64,000 bases of DNA, from positions 29,390,001-29,454,000 of the forward strand of contig NC_058383.1 of assembly GCF_018350175.1 (NCBI RefSeq), given 5' to 3'. Below the pieces are notes generated by a model. That model did not search any database, was not told where the DNA came from, and saw only the letters and a program-made list of their open reading frames with translations. This document shows, piece after piece, positions 27,273 through 41,410 of the stretch (the first letter of the stretch is position 1; the number at the start of each line of letters is the position of its first letter). The DNA is from Felis catus. Lineage: Eukaryota. Both the position numbers and the translations under genes were made by a program.

Positions 27273-28399
27273 CAGAGTAGAATCTGATTCTAAGGGGGAA
27301 CCCCCAATACCATAACATAATCATGAGCTACAAATTACTCTAATACTTCCCATTACATAATGTGGCATATTTTTTAAAAAAGGTTTTCTCCTTCCTTGGC
27401 ATCCAAGCAGCACACGTGCATTACGAAGAAAGCACACCACAGAAAAGCAAGCAGGTGACAGTAGTGTGTGTAGATAACTGGATATAATTCTCTGCAGGGT
27501 GTTTTCCCTCTGCACAGGCTCTCTTTTCTTGGTGGGACAAGTGAAGAGGAGGGTGGGCTGCACTCACGGTGAATTACCATGAGGACCACTTAATTCTGTG
27601 CTTTGCCATTCGATATAACCGAGAAGTTCTTGAGGAGAAAATTCCCATTAATTCACACGTAAGAAGAAAAATGTCATCTTTAGTTGTATTTTCTAAATCT
27701 TCTATAGGCTGACTCTTTTGCCAAACTGAGTCAAATTCAAATACTGATGCAAGGAGAAGTTTTCTTAACTTCAACATTCCTGTGCAGAGAAAGTAATATG
27801 TAATCATGTCTTTATTAACGAAGGATGGCTTCTGCCAACCCGCGAATCCTTCCCTCCTTGCGGTCGAAGCCCGATGGCCCCATGAACCCCCGAGTACCTA
27901 TGCCGCTGGCTCTGAGCGAGCCAAGAAGGCCTAGCATGGCACCTTTCCCCATAATCTTGCTCGCCATTCTGCGCCCACAACAAAAGCTGGAAAGCTGGTT
28001 GGCGTGGGAACCCCACTAACGATCAGCCTCGGCCTTTAATCCACAATTTGGTTTCCTTCATTCAGCGACCCACAAGAGGGGAGCAGCCCGCGTGCCCAGC
28101 ACCGTCTGAGTGTCTGGGGGGGCTCCTAACGCAGAGCGGCACGGCTGCGGCCCTGTCAGAAGGCCAAGGTGCAGGCGTTCGGAGAGGAACACGTCTTCGT
28201 GGAAAAGCATGGGCCTTGTGCCGCGTCCCCAGGTCCAGACTCCGGTTTGCAGCTGTGCTGGAAGAACGCGCACTGCCCTTCACCTGTCACCGCAGGAAAC
28301 CACACAACTGGACAGAACTCTCTCCTACACTGGGACACAGGCCGTACAGAACTCCTCCTATGGTAAAGGCAACGACGGCAGTGAGTCTTACAGCCGCCA

Positions 28400-29159
28400 G
28401 AGCTTTCGGCCTGCAGGTGACTTCCAGACCGGGGGCACAGCCCTCAAACAGAGCTGGTCAGGCTTGTGGAATCGACGAGCCAGAGAGGAGAGCTGAAGGG
28501 GAAGTTGAGACAGCTGGGAGCCGCCGTGCAGATTTCCGAACGGGAGGGACCCGTGCCGAGCAACAGCTCCGGAGAGCGAGCTGCACAGGAGCGCCCTGAG
28601 TCTTGGCTGAGGCCTGAGCTGGATGAGCAGGGCGCACAGCTACACAGGGCCGGGCAAGCAACGACCGGGAGCCGTATGCTCAACATGTGTCAAAGTGCAC
28701 ACAAGGTTGGGGTGTTCGAGCTCAAAACGAGCCTGAGCGACACGATCTCCCTGGGGCATTTACGGGGGCATTTGGCAGAGATCCCAAAGGGGGTCAAGGC
28801 CTGATAGTCAACGCACCATCCCTGGTGGGAATGCTACCTTACATCTTTCCTAACAATGCTTTAAAAAGGCCTTGAGAGTGACCCGAAAGCTCAGCACTCT
28901 TACCAGAGCAAAGTCCCAGCACTTAAGGAAGACAACGCAAAATGCAGCCACTCAGCAGTGTAGTACTCACAACGTTCCACCCAATGAAAGGATTACCGGA
29001 CTCTGTGCTAAGAGGTAGGAAAATTTCTCAGTAAAAACAGACTCAAAAATTACTGAAAAAATAGAATTAACAGCCATAACTATGTATAAGTATTTAAAAT
29101 CTTTAAGCTTCTTCATTTCGAGAGAGACAGAGACAGTGCGAGTGGGGGAGGGGCAAAGG

Positions 29160-29208
<49 letters not shown>

Positions 29209-29671
29209 AGAATATGAATTCCAAACAGGCTTCGTCCTGCCAGTGCAGAGCCCCATTAGGGGCATGAACTCATGAAACCGTCAGATCATGACCTGAGCCA
29301 AAACCAAAAGTCAGACGCTTAACCGACTGAGCCACCCAGGTGCCCCACTATGTACAAGTATTTAAAGGAAAACATGAATATAATGATGAGAGAAAAAGAC
29401 AATGTAAAAAAGAACAAAATGGAACTTCCAGAGATAAAAATAAATTAAGATTAACGTTTTATTGGATAGGATTAGCAGCATATTAGACCTTCATTCGAAA
29501 AGATCAGTGAACATTTGAAAAAAAAGTAAAGCTAATAGGATGTTGTAAAAATAATAATACACAAAATACTAAAAAAAAATTTTTTAAAGGCAAAAAAAAA
29601 AAGGAATAAAGGAAGAGTGAACTGACTAGACAAATACAATATATAGCAAAATAATAGATTTTAAATTCAAT
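28400..29671 (+). mobile_element. Ancient L1M 5' region and ORF1 remnant
   Basis: ccctgagtcttggctgag...aaggattacc...aaaatggaacttccagagataaaaa resembles L1M 5'/ORF1 sequence. Confidence 0.6.
29099..29346 (-). mobile_element. CAN-SINE with expanded (ag)n
   Basis: TSD actatgta(t/c)aagtatttaaa. Confidence 0.94.
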
Positions 29672-30195
29672 TGTGGCAGGTGGCCTCTAATGATCCCTGC
29701 CTTCTGGTATTTATGGTCTTCTATAATCCTTTCCCCTTGAGTAATCTGCTTCTAAACAAAAGAATAGGACAATGTTGAGAAAATGTTGGGGGGGAAAAAA
29801 AAAGATCACTTTAGTCTTGCTAGCACACATCTCTCTTACTGGCTTTGAGAAAGTAAGATGCCATACAGGAGAGGCCCATGTGGCAAAGAACAAGGCTCCA
29901 GGCAGCATCCAGCATCCAGAGAGGAACTGAGGCCCTTGGTCCAATAGTCCTCAATGAACTGAATCTTGCCAACAACAATATAACTAAGGTTACAAGCAGA
30001 TCCTTCACCAGTGGAACCTTCAGATGAAACCCCAGCCTTGGCTGACACCTGACTGCAGGCTTATGAGAGACAGAGGTATCCAGCTAAACTGTGCCTGAAT
30101 TCCTGACCTAAACAAACTAGGAGATAATCAATGCGTCTTGTGTTAAGTTGCTCAGATATGAAGTACTTTGTTCCACAGCTATAGATAACTAATAT
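29672..30195 (+). mobile_element. MLT1 (MaLR) solo LTR, MLT1E/F-like
   Basis: Starts tgtggcagg; gaactgaatcttgccaacaac; ccttggctgacacctgactgcag; ends atagataactaata; splits an L1. Confidence 0.88.
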
Positions 30196-30710
30196 GCCAC
30201 ATAAATCAATAATGACCTTGAATGTAATCTATCTAAACACTGCAACTGAAAGACAGAGACTGTCAGACTAGACTAAAAAAAGAAAGATCCAGCTCTATGC
30301 TATCTGAAAGAAATCTACTTTAAATCTAAAGGTGCAGATGAGTTAAAGGTAAAAGCTGGGTAAAGATGTATCGTGCAATCCGTAAGAAACTCAGGGGGCC
30401 TATATTAGTACCAAAGTAGACTTTGGGAAAAGGATCATTACTAAGGATGCAGGTATTTCATAATATAAAGGGATCAATCCAACAAGAACACATAATAGAC
30501 CCTCAAAATATGAAAAGGAAAACATTACTGAAAGGAAAAATAAACAATTCCACAATATTAGTTGGGGTTTTCAACATACCTCTCTGGGCAACTGACAGAA
30601 CAAGAGGTAAGAAAATCAGTAAGGATATATGACTTGAACAATCTTACAAACCAACAGGACCTGACATTTACAGAACATTTCGCCCTCAAGGATACATGAA
30701 ACATTCCTGG
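30196..30710 (+). mobile_element. Ancient L1M ORF2 endonuclease fragment
   Basis: KGKINNSTILVGVFNIPL...DRTRGKKISKDI in ORF 30423-30632. Confidence 0.8.
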
Positions 30711-33006
30711 TCACTTAAGAGATGTATACATTTTTATGACAGAGCACATGTTACATAGTTTCAATGTAATAGAACAAAAACCAAATTATGTCTAAACCCA
30801 CTGGATTCTGAAATTCACAGTTTAGGACTAAGTTCTTGGATTTCTTTAAATTTCAATTTTTTTCAATCCTTGCTCAATCTGCTTGGTTTAAGTGTAAATT
30901 CTTTTATCTGGAAAATCCTCCAAATTATACTTGGGTGTCCAAATAAAATCTTCAAATTCTTGAAGGTTGTAAACTTTGTTTCTGTTGAGGGTTCAAAAAG
31001 CATTCAGCAAGCAATCAAGCAGCTACTCTAACTCTACACGCAAGCAAACAAGCACACAATTATACAGGCAGAAATTTCACTAGTTTATCAGCAAGTTATT
31101 GAATCAAGTTCCATTGTTTTGAAAGATGAAGAGACTACCTAACTGAAACTGACAGTGAGAGACAGAAACATCCATGTTAGAAAAATATATTAGAAAAGTA
31201 CTACTTTGTCATATTAAGAGTATGTCTAGTTAAATATCACTTTGTTATTCTCGGCTTGAGAAAAACAGTAATATAAGCACATAGATCTTTTTCATCATAT
31301 ACATTTTATACATCAGTCAAGAGCCACAAAATACTTTAGTACATTCAGTAACTACCTGTGACCAGTTACTAAGCACCTTGTTACGTCGCTTTTGTTTCCA
31401 TTTTCTTTTACCAAGGAGACCTCTAAAATATGCTGGGTTTCTAAAAGCTTCCTATAATGTGATAAAAATGAGGTTTATTTGTACCACTAATATTAAGAGG
31501 CTTGGTTGAAATCATATACCAATTATTTCCTGCGTCCCATTTTAAAATTTGTTTAAAACATATTACAATCCTACACCATAATCAGATACCAAATTACAAC
31601 AAAGTTCTCATTGTGTAGGATTCATTTGTTAAATACTGAAAACTTTGTACTTTCACCCAAAGGATTAACTCAATAGAAAGAAACATGCAAAGAAGGAAAC
31701 AAACCACACAACCCCCGCCCCCCACCACCTCCAACAAACCTGACCCTTCAAATGCAGAACGCTGTTCTGCCCTGGAATTTCATACAGGCTCCAGATTGGA
31801 GAACCATGAGGCTGGTAGCATTTAAGGCCAACTGTAAACCAAATAAATCCCAACTACCCATTTCCTTAGGTTGCTCAGACTCTAAATCTCTTGGCTTCTG
31901 GCCCTCTCATTTATTTTTTGCACTACGTTGCTTTTTGTAAGAAGTGTATAATACTACACAATAGAATATTTAAGAGAATTCAGATTAGTTGAAAAACTTC
32001 TAGACCCGCCCCCCTTCTAAATGACCTTAAAGCATCATCTAAACAACTGCCATCACACCAAGATTTCACAGAAGAATATTCTACAACACTAAAACTGTTT
32101 GTTCGCACATATGCCAAAGGTCATTATGAAACATGTCATTGTATACATACATGTTTATTTTTTAAAAGGTCATTCCCGAATTTAGTCAATTTCTTTGCTA
32201 AATAATTGGGTTCTTAATGAAAAAAAATTAGTTGCGAGATGTGATTACAACATAGATTTCCAGGAATCAAAAGGAAAAAGAAAAAATTTAAAAGTCAACT
32301 CAGAGCAAGAAATCTCTTTAAACAAATGACTGTTTTACTACCTCAAAATACCACAAGTCTTCTGTATAATACTTATCATATACATCAAATGCCTTAAAAG
32401 CGTCTGAGCAACCATATCTACTATCCTAATCTCTTCAGAGTAAGTACATAAGAAGGAGAAAGATCTATAAATCAGTCCTTGATGACAGAGGGTTTGTTTA
32501 GGAGTTTACCAACTGGAATGGCCCTGCTGGAATTCCTTCAAGCAGCCTGTGAAAATGTCAGAACGGAGTCTGTTTTGGAGGTCATGGTCCCTAGAGAGCT
32601 CTGAGTTTTGGCCTGTTTGTCTTTTCACATGCTTTAATATTTGAAAATCATTCCTTGCAGACACTGACTGATGCCCAGGGAATGCTAGGATTGTGGGAAC
32701 TGGCAGTACCAACAAGACAGACAAACTCCATGGGAAATCAGTGCCTACTGCACTTGCCCTCTGAGCTCTCATCAGATAAGCTGCTCTTCAAGTGTTGTGA
32801 AGGTGCATGGAGAGACATTAAGAAACTGCATGTCATTTTGGTATCTTTAAAAAGACATACTTGTGGAAAACGGGCACAGAAATGACTGGGACTATTGAAA
32901 GAGACACTAAAAGCTATAAAAAAAAAACCAAAAAAACAAAAAAAAAACAAACCCATGGTGGAATCCTGAAAACTATATTCACTTAATATGAAGTGGAATA
33001 CAGCAT

Positions 33007-33269
33007 GGCAGTTGAAAATTCACAAATAACGTTCGACTCCCCCAAAACTTAAGGGCCTACCGTTGACCTAAGACATCAACAGGTAACACACATTCATATG
33101 TTATATGTGTTACATGCCGTACTCTTACAATAAATCTAGAGGAAAAAATGTGATTGAGAAAATCACGAAGAGGAGAAAATACACTTACGGCACTATACTA
33201 GCTACCAGAAACCGCCTGCCTATGTGGGGACCTGTGCAGTTCAAACCCATGTTGTTGAAGGACCAACTG
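33007..33269. mobile_element. Tigger2a-like DNA transposon relic
   Basis: gactcccccaaaacttaa...cttacaataaa...gcagttcaaacccatgttgttgaaggaccaactg followed by TA; left terminal repeat decayed. Confidence 0.82.
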
Positions 33270-33292
33270 TACTACATGCTCAAAACATACGT

Positions 33293-33550
33293 AACAATAA
33301 CAAACAGTTGTGAAGTGCTACTTACTTGCCCTTGTTGTTCTAAACACTTCACTTACATGAACTCATTTAATCTTCCTAGAAACTCTGTGAAGCAGGTCAT
33401 AGTAGGGTCCCCATTGTGCAAATGAGGAGACCGAGGCAAGGGGAGGATAACTAATTTGCCTAAGTTCACACAGCCAGTGGTGGTGTGGCCAGGATCTAGG
33501 CTCAGACAGGCTGGCTCCAGAGTTGGTGCTCTTAACCACCATGCATACTT
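33293..33550 (-). mobile_element. MIR SINE, near full length
   Basis: ctcatttaatcttc...aaatgaggagaccgaggc...ttgcctaagttcacacagc...gctcttaaccac. Confidence 0.88.
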
Positions 33551-36500
33551 CCTCTTTCGTGGTATTTTTACGTCAGGCAGGCAGTGCTGGGTACCTATAC
33601 CATGTACTGTATTTTATGATGTCCCATGTACACGCCAGTTTGTACAAGAGCTCTAGTATTTGAAGCGATTTATGAGGTACATCTAACATGATTCCTATTC
33701 ACGGACGAAAGACACAGACTTTGTGTCTGACACCACACAGCAAGTACAAGAGAGCGGGCTCTATGCTTGGCTCCACAGCCCTCTTTACTTTTTATTTTTT
33801 CACAGCCCTCTTCCTTAAAACTAGGTTCTTCTTCCTCTCTGTTATCTGCAAGAATCATCACCGAGTTACTTTTCTGTATATAGTTGAAGATACGGCTTTC
33901 AAAGATCTACGTGTCCAACAGTTTTATGAGGATACACTACACTACGCTGTGAACTGCCAACGTTGTACTAGAGGATTAAAATCTAAGAACTATTCTAGGG
34001 TAGGAGACACAGTGGTCATTCAGTAAATGTTTTCTAATAGTAAAAGAGTCCCTACTTCCACTCCTGAAATGCTGACTTTTAGGCTATTTTGGAGAGCTGA
34101 GTATCCCGTATGACAAACTTTCCCTTGCATATACTGCATGCTGGTGCTTTCGTTAAACGGTCAGTCAACACACTTCCTCACTGCTATGTTGGGATCATGA
34201 CTTCTGTCAAAGAGGGTTTCTTATCTTGAAGCTATGAACCTCAAATCTTCAGACAGTACTGACAAATTCTAGTATGTTACTTTTTTAACTAGCCCACAAG
34301 AACCAAAGGCAAGTTGTTGATCAGACTTTCTGCTTTTCTTGTTATATCTTCATTAAACATAGAGATCATGTATCAAAAATTTAAGTTTTGTGAAACAGAC
34401 ACCCAACTATTAGCATTTCCCTGATGCAAACAACCACAAAGATGACCAGAATAGAACATGAATAATTTGGACTTTAAACAAAGCTAAAAAATTGTCTTTG
34501 GATAGTCTGATGCTTACTATAAAAATGTTAACACATACCTGCCAACCCTTAAATACCATGAATAGGAAGATACTGCATGTCCTAAATTAGATTAAAAAAA
34601 ATTTTTTTTAGGACAACACAATTGAGTCAATTTCTCAATATGGGGGAAAGTCTGACTAATTGGGCGAGCTGGCATGTATGCTTAATAATACACCTTGAGG
34701 AATGGGATACACAGCGACATCATTAACTTGTATCTATGGAAAATTCCACCTGCTGAGACGGAAGTCATCTTCCATTCTTCCTGGTTCTGCTGCCCAATGA
34801 ACAGCACAGGCAAGAGTGACAATGAGATATAAGAGCACATGATGCAATGAGGAAGGGCAGCCAGAGAAGGACACATGGGCTGAAAGCTACCATACAGGTA
34901 CTACAACGGGCACACCGTGACACAGAGCGCTTCTGAGACTTACCCATGCTCACAGACTGAGTCAGCAGAGGACACTGGAGTCCTGACTCCCAAAAGACTA
35001 CACTTCCTGTTAATAACAGTGAGGGCAGCAGGTGAGGGTAGCCAACAGCAGGGGTTAATTTAAAGGAGTTAGAAAAACACTGGGTATGATATTTGCTAAT
35101 TAGTCAGGGTGATAATTAACTAAAACCCAAGGAGAAAATTCCAATATGTCTGGTATTCCAACATATTTGTCTTGCTGGTTTCTGTCTCAAAAGTGCTTTA
35201 TTACTGATATCTTAAAATAAAATAACAAAGGCTGAAAAAAAATCACGACCACTTTTCCCCACTCTATTCCCTATACTTAACAGCTCTTTCAAAAGAGTCA
35301 CAGTAGACAGCAGGTATCCAGTATCTATCCTCTCTCTTCCTTTTTAGCTAAAAGAGGTCACACTGTAGTTGGCTTAGGGGGAGCACACAGGCACAAAGAG
35401 CCCCTACTTAATTTTAATGAAGTCTTTTGGCCTCGCACAGGGTCTGATTATAAACCAACTATTTAATTCCAAGTACCCTGAAAGGTCTAAGTAACTAGGG
35501 TACTGTAGTTGAGTAATCTTTATTAACTAATCTTTTACATTGTATAGGTAATTAAAATTACCCTCTGACGGACAGGAAAGCCCGTTTCTTAATAAATTAG
35601 TGTCAGTTTATTTGCTGATCCAGTGCTTAATATAAGTCATATGGTAGACTCTAGTTTTATGAAAATTATCTCAAATAATCTATATATGAAACAATGCACT
35701 TTTAGGACTCTCGTAACTTTAGAAAATCCTTATAAAAATTTCAGGCAAACATTTTAATAATTTTAAGATAATGCTAGATTAAACTGATAATTACTATTAA
35801 GTTCTAAATCTTACTTTTAATAAATACATTAACTGTCAACACTCAAAGGGCATGTTTGCAAGAGGACACAATATAAAGACTGGATAAATAACTCAAAGTG
35901 GGGCTTCGCTCGTGCTGAACTGGGGCCTGCCATCTTGCTGATGCACTTCTGAAACCGTAAGCTTCATCCACCCGGTCAGCAATGACTCAGTAGGCCTCTG
36001 GTAATGCTCTGACCCTGCCAGCTGCAGATGGGCGTGTGTGAGATTAAGGCCCAGCCCCCTCCCTCCACCCGCACACTGCTTGGGTGTGTTAGGCAATGCG
36101 CTAAAGCCAGCTAAGTCCTCAGTAACAAGAAGCCCAGAGTAGAAAAAAAGGTGACGGACAGGGTTATAGGTGCTCATTTACACTGTGAAACAAAGCATGC
36201 TGTTTAATAGGAGACTTTGTAAAGAGCATTGCGAAAGAGAGTACCTCACCTTTAAGCTACTTATATGACTTTGTTTTCATGGTGAAAGGTTCAAGACATT
36301 GTCATAGACAAAACATACGAAAACCACCTTAATTAATCAAGAATTTCTTTTACAGTGGTCAGGGGGCTCACAATTGGCTTTTAAACTTTATAACTGTGTT
36401 AAGTATTTACCTGTAAAGGCTAATCTCAGAAATCTATTAGAAACTAAGGAAAATTAATTAAGGAAATTATACCTATTTCTGTTCTCAGTCTAAATACTCT

Positions 36501-38723
36501 TAAGTAACATCCAAAGCAGAAAAGGAAATTATCTAAATGTATCAGACTGTTTATTAATATCACTCAGAATTTTAAATATTTAAGGTCCTAAAGATGTTAA
36601 CAGTAAAGCCAAGGACAAGAGAATTTTACAGAATCTTACTTGTTTCGATTACCTCCAGTTAAAGAAAGGGAAAGCAAGAATCCTAGAGTTACATGTTTTG
36701 GTTATTTAGCATCTATTTATTTCCTTCCCACTTACGACACTCTGAGAATCTTATGTCTGGCTGTCTGCTCCAGAGAAAAATAGAAATATTCTCCCTTTTC
36801 CTCACCAATCTCCAGATGGCCACCCCATCTCATGTATACTCTTAAGGAACAGGGTTCTGGTCCAGACAAATGCTTACCACCTTTGTGCATTTCCAAACAC
36901 CTAGAGTGACAGTAAACCTAACAGGTTAATGAGGAATGAGGAAATGTTGCATGAAGAAAAGATCAGCTTTGAACAAATACCACTTATTTTCTATAGTACA
37001 AGGCAAGCAATTTTCTTTAGCCGAGTTCCACGGCAAGGCAAAGTTATCTGTGTGCAAATGTATTGATACCTGTATTGAATCTAATGCAAAGAACTACCTT
37101 GTGTTCCCTCGTGTGCAACAAACTTTTGAATGGACTATTTTCTCTTTAGTATAATCATTCAAGAGCAGAACAAGAGATGGTCTAAAACTGTCCATTGTGA
37201 TAAATTTAATGGATGGAAAATCTTAGGGAAAAAAATTCAAAATGGGACCATGAAATCAAAAACCCGAGTACGGTAACTAGAAGCGTCAAAGTTTAAAATA
37301 AGAATGACAAAGTCTCCTTTTCACTGAGGCCTAAAACACGCTGTTCCCAAGTCAATACAGTTTCAAAAAGTCTGCTAATAAACGGAAGAGAAAGTAGCAG
37401 ACACTATTTTTCCACCTACTCCATACTACTGACAGCCGGCCTGGGGTGTTACCTGTGGCCATGTGAACACGACTGGACTGTGCCTCATTTTCAGAGCTGT
37501 CCCAAGTGTTAAAATACCAAACTGTTGTGCAAAAGGGGAATCTATGTCAATTTATCTGCTTTATCGTCAATGCTGGGAGTGACTCAAAAGCTTACATTCA
37601 CCAACCAGCACACTTCTCGGTCTTGCAAATGACCTCGGGAACCAAAGCCTTCCTGCTGTGGTCTCCCCTAGTGCGGGCACAACACAGAGGGCTGGAGCTC
37701 TTGGAGGCGTGTCGGTTCCATCTACTTCGCCTTTCCCTGCCTTTACGAAGCTGTATTCAACTTACAGCATCTGAGCTTTTCCCACGTGAACAATAAAAAA
37801 CAACTAACTGTCCCTCGGACTGATTTCCCCTTTACTGCCAGTGTTTACCATCTGAAGGAACGTTAATACTGTGTAAAACATCAAAACAAAGCTCAAGTCC
37901 TCTGTGTGTGTGCTGTTTCAGTAAAAGTCTGTCATTTATGTCTTCTGTATATCCACATTTCTTTTAGGAAGAACTCACTTCTTGGGAAGAATTAATGGCC
38001 TAATTGGTGGTCTTACTTTGGAGGTGCCACCGGCCACATGTTCAGGGGTAAAGAACAGCCCCAGCTTATCTTTCACATGTGCTACAGTAGTAGCAATGTT
38101 CTGCTATGCCACTACATTGCCAACATAAGTATCAGTCAAAACTAAGGGAGGATCCTGGAGTCATTACTTAGATGTCAACTTCTCTCTCATTAAGTTTATT
38201 TATAAACTATTTGGTGACATGATCCTTCTACACACTGATCCAAACTGAAGTGTCTTCATTTTCCCCGCAACTAGAAAGGGAAATAATTCAAACAAGTGAA
38301 ATTCAAATGCTTAGGGCTAACAATGAAACACAATCACAAGAAAATACCTAAATCGGACTATTTCATAATACTCTGAAGAGTTTTTTGTATTAATTAATTT
38401 CGAGGCTAAGATTCACATTTTGTATATGATATAATCTAAACAGGGCATTAAGAAGACTTAAAAATGAAGCATAAACATGAAAAATTCAGTAGGGTAAGAA
38501 AGTTATGCTTCTTCTAATTCCATAATTGCTTGATGTGATTCCACTTGACTCATATAACTATCAAAAATGTAGATTTCTGATAGCTATACAAAGGATTCCA
38601 TGTATGCCTTGGAATATATATGTAAATCAAGCTAATATATCATAAGCCTGACATTAGAGTATATGCCTGAATATAAGGTAAGCTTTTTAACTGCCTGAAG
38701 TCATTTATTAAAAAAGAAGAGAT

Positions 38724-38837
38724 TGGGGGGTGGGAGGGAGGGGAAAGTGGGTGATGGGCACTGAGGAGGGCACCTGTTGGGATGAGCACTGGGTTTTGTA
38801 TGGAAACCAATTTGACAATAAATTTCATATTAAAAAA
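38724..38837 (+). mobile_element. Very short (about 110 bp) feline L1 3' end
   Basis: Closely matches 59127-59243; TSD aaaaaagaagaga(t/c)tg at 38709 and 38838. Confidence 0.92.
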
Positions 38838-41256
38838 AAAAAAGAAGAGACTGTCTGCTATTTGAGTCTTTACATAGCATTTCATAAGATATTCTTTCAT
38901 TTACTCAATATTGAACAAAAAAAGTACTTGAGGAAAACATTTGCTTAAAAATTAACTTCATTTAAAGCTAGTTTTAGGATGTTTATAAAAATATCTTAGT
39001 AGAATCATAAACGGGGGGAGGAGGGGGCGGAGAAGGCCAACACATTAATTATTCCTAGGTTATAACCTTAAAATCGGAAGTACTAAGTGTCGTTGCAAAG
39101 AACAGTTTCAAAAACTCATTTTAAAAAAGTAGTCAAATACAATTCTGTCAGAAAGGATACAAATGACAATAGTGAACTCCAGGAAAGGAATCATGTAGCT
39201 CAGGGGAAAGACTGGGAAGTGACTTTCTTTTCACTGTGTACCCATTGGTACCCTGTACATTTTAAGCCAGTGAATACGTTACGTACTCACAGAAAACAGA
39301 TAATTACATTCTAAAACAGGAACTGCAGCCCCATAAAATGTTATAACCAATCACAAATCACAAGAGTGATTATGCTATAGAGATTATGAGTATATGACAA
39401 TACACCACACACACACACACACACCATTTTGTCAATGGTACTTGTGGTTTAGACAGAAAATCTGTGGTATCAGGTCATACATATACTCAAAAGCTGCTGT
39501 AACTCAGACGAAAGAGACAGTAGTGAAGACGCACTGTGGATTTTAGCACTAGGTGCATGATGCCAAGGGGTTCTGCTGATGATGAGGAAAAAAAAAAGCA
39601 TTTCCCCCAAAGATTCATGGATAGAGTCTGAGCCAGATGGTTCTATGAAATATTAGTGTGAATGAAGGAATCCTATATTATTGCACTGCATCATAAAAAT
39701 GTGATTTTAATTATGGACATGTAACTAAATTAAAAAATTAAAATTCTTACCATTTACGCCACTTCCCAAAAGTTTATAAGGGGAGGCTACTTAATATTTG
39801 GGCTTAGCTTACATTCAGGCATACATATTCAAGGCAACATTCTTGCAAGAGAACATGGTGCGCTGTGTCAAGCCGATCACGAAGTACAGATTTGCCCGAT
39901 ACATTTCCCTACCATTTTCCTGACTAATTGTGTGTTATTGCAATTTCATACCAGTGCAACTCATTTTTTGAGGGTAAGAATCTGAACACTATACAGGCCC
40001 AAATGTGCAGTGTGAACCTGATCGCATTTGGTCATGCTTCAGTAAATGTGGTCATACTCTCCAAGCCACTGTCTAAGAAAAATGGAAGATTCTAAAGCCA
40101 CTGCTCTACGACAGCCTCCTGAAGGGCCTGACAGCACCTGAGCCAGAATGCTGCTTTTCACCACTCACAGCGGACAAGGGTTATGCCCAAGAACAAGTAC
40201 CAGAAGCCTTATTTGAAGGGAGAACAAATACACTCCAAACACATGTACTAAAGAACTAAGAATCATAACATACATCTTTTCTCCACTTTCCTGAAGAAGG
40301 TGAGGCCAATAATGAAAAGGCCTGGTTAGGACTCAGAACCCAGAAAAACAGTAACCAGGTACACTAGGAAGTGTTTTACAAGGGAACGGTTTTATTTCCT
40401 CAGGCTTTTAAATCTACAATTTTTAAAAACTATTATTTGTAAATGTAAAACTCATCAGAACGGTGGAAAGCATAAGAAATTCAGCTGTAATTCTTAATGT
40501 GGCCCTTTTAATATAAGTGCTTGATATGTTTATAAATTTTAACATTTTGTTAGTTTTTATGTTTTAAGTATTAAAAATAAGTGTCTATCATCTATCCTTA
40601 CTCATTTACATTAAAAATGGACAGTATTATGTTTTCCAGAGAGGATGGGAAGCCTTTGTGATCAATGAAAATTTCCTGAACAGATACCAAATGGATAGAA
40701 AATACTCATTTTGTATACAACGATAGGCAGAGAATGACAATATGGTTATATCCTGTAACGATTAATAGAAAAACACTCCAACAAAAAATTCTTGCTTTCT
40801 TAGTAATCATTAGGATAGCTTAAATTTTATCAATCTTGAAATTAAGGTGCAACACACTGGAGACGGGAAAAATGGGAGGAGAATCTAGTCAAATCCACAG
40901 TCAACCTTCCCTAGGATCAGCGCAGGAAGCTACTCTCCAGTATCTTCTAGCATGAAATCTGCTGGTACTAAAACGGTTGAATCTAAAGCTTGTTTCCAAG
41001 GAGAATACTGCTACCAGACACTTATTGGGGAAATAAAGGAAAGAACTGGTTGGAAAGTGAAATTCTGCCTGTTACTCAAAACCAGCCAATAACCCACAAG
41101 GCTCTCCCCGCCATGACAGCCTGCCCAGGGTAACTGACAAAAAAAAAAGAAAAAAGGAAAAGAAAAAGAAAAATTACTACCAAACAGGAATCAATTGGAC
41201 TCATGAAGGGGTGAATCTTTAAATCCAGCTCCCACCACACATGCTGAAGAGCTCAC

Positions 41257-41410
41257 CGTTCTTCCTCTCGTTCAGCGGGGGCAGGTGCTGGCTGGGCTGC
41301 AGGGACAGCTCCTGGAATTCATGGGCAACAGCTTCGCTTTGAGGACTTGGGGCAAGATGGGCTAATGGCCCCACTTCATCCTCCGCGTCCAGTGCCCCTG
41401 GGGGATCCAT
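41257..41410 (-). CDS. MRTFB: MRTFB/MKL2 first coding exon, coding part (N-terminal 51 aa + 1 nt)
   Basis: Translates MDPPGALDAEDEVGPLAHLAPSPQSEAVAHEFQELSLQPSQHLPPLNERKN, matching the mammalian MRTFB N-terminus as I recall it (MDHTGAIDTEDEVGPLAHLAPSPQSEAVAHEFQELSLQSSQNLPPLNERKN). Strong Kozak context ACGATGG; in-frame TAA upstream at 41450-41452; donor ACG|gtgagc at 41256. Confidence 0.96.

Larger units (their letters stand above)
1..41256 (-). other. MRTFB: MRTFB intron downstream of the first coding exon (partial)
   Basis: Starts at a GT donor; the next exon (VLQLRLQQRR..., RPEL1) was not found in the window. Confidence 0.8.

Noticed and set aside
41219..41256. C-terminal GELFSMCGGSWI of the 63-aa ORF
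   Set aside because: Read-through past the splice donor into the intron.
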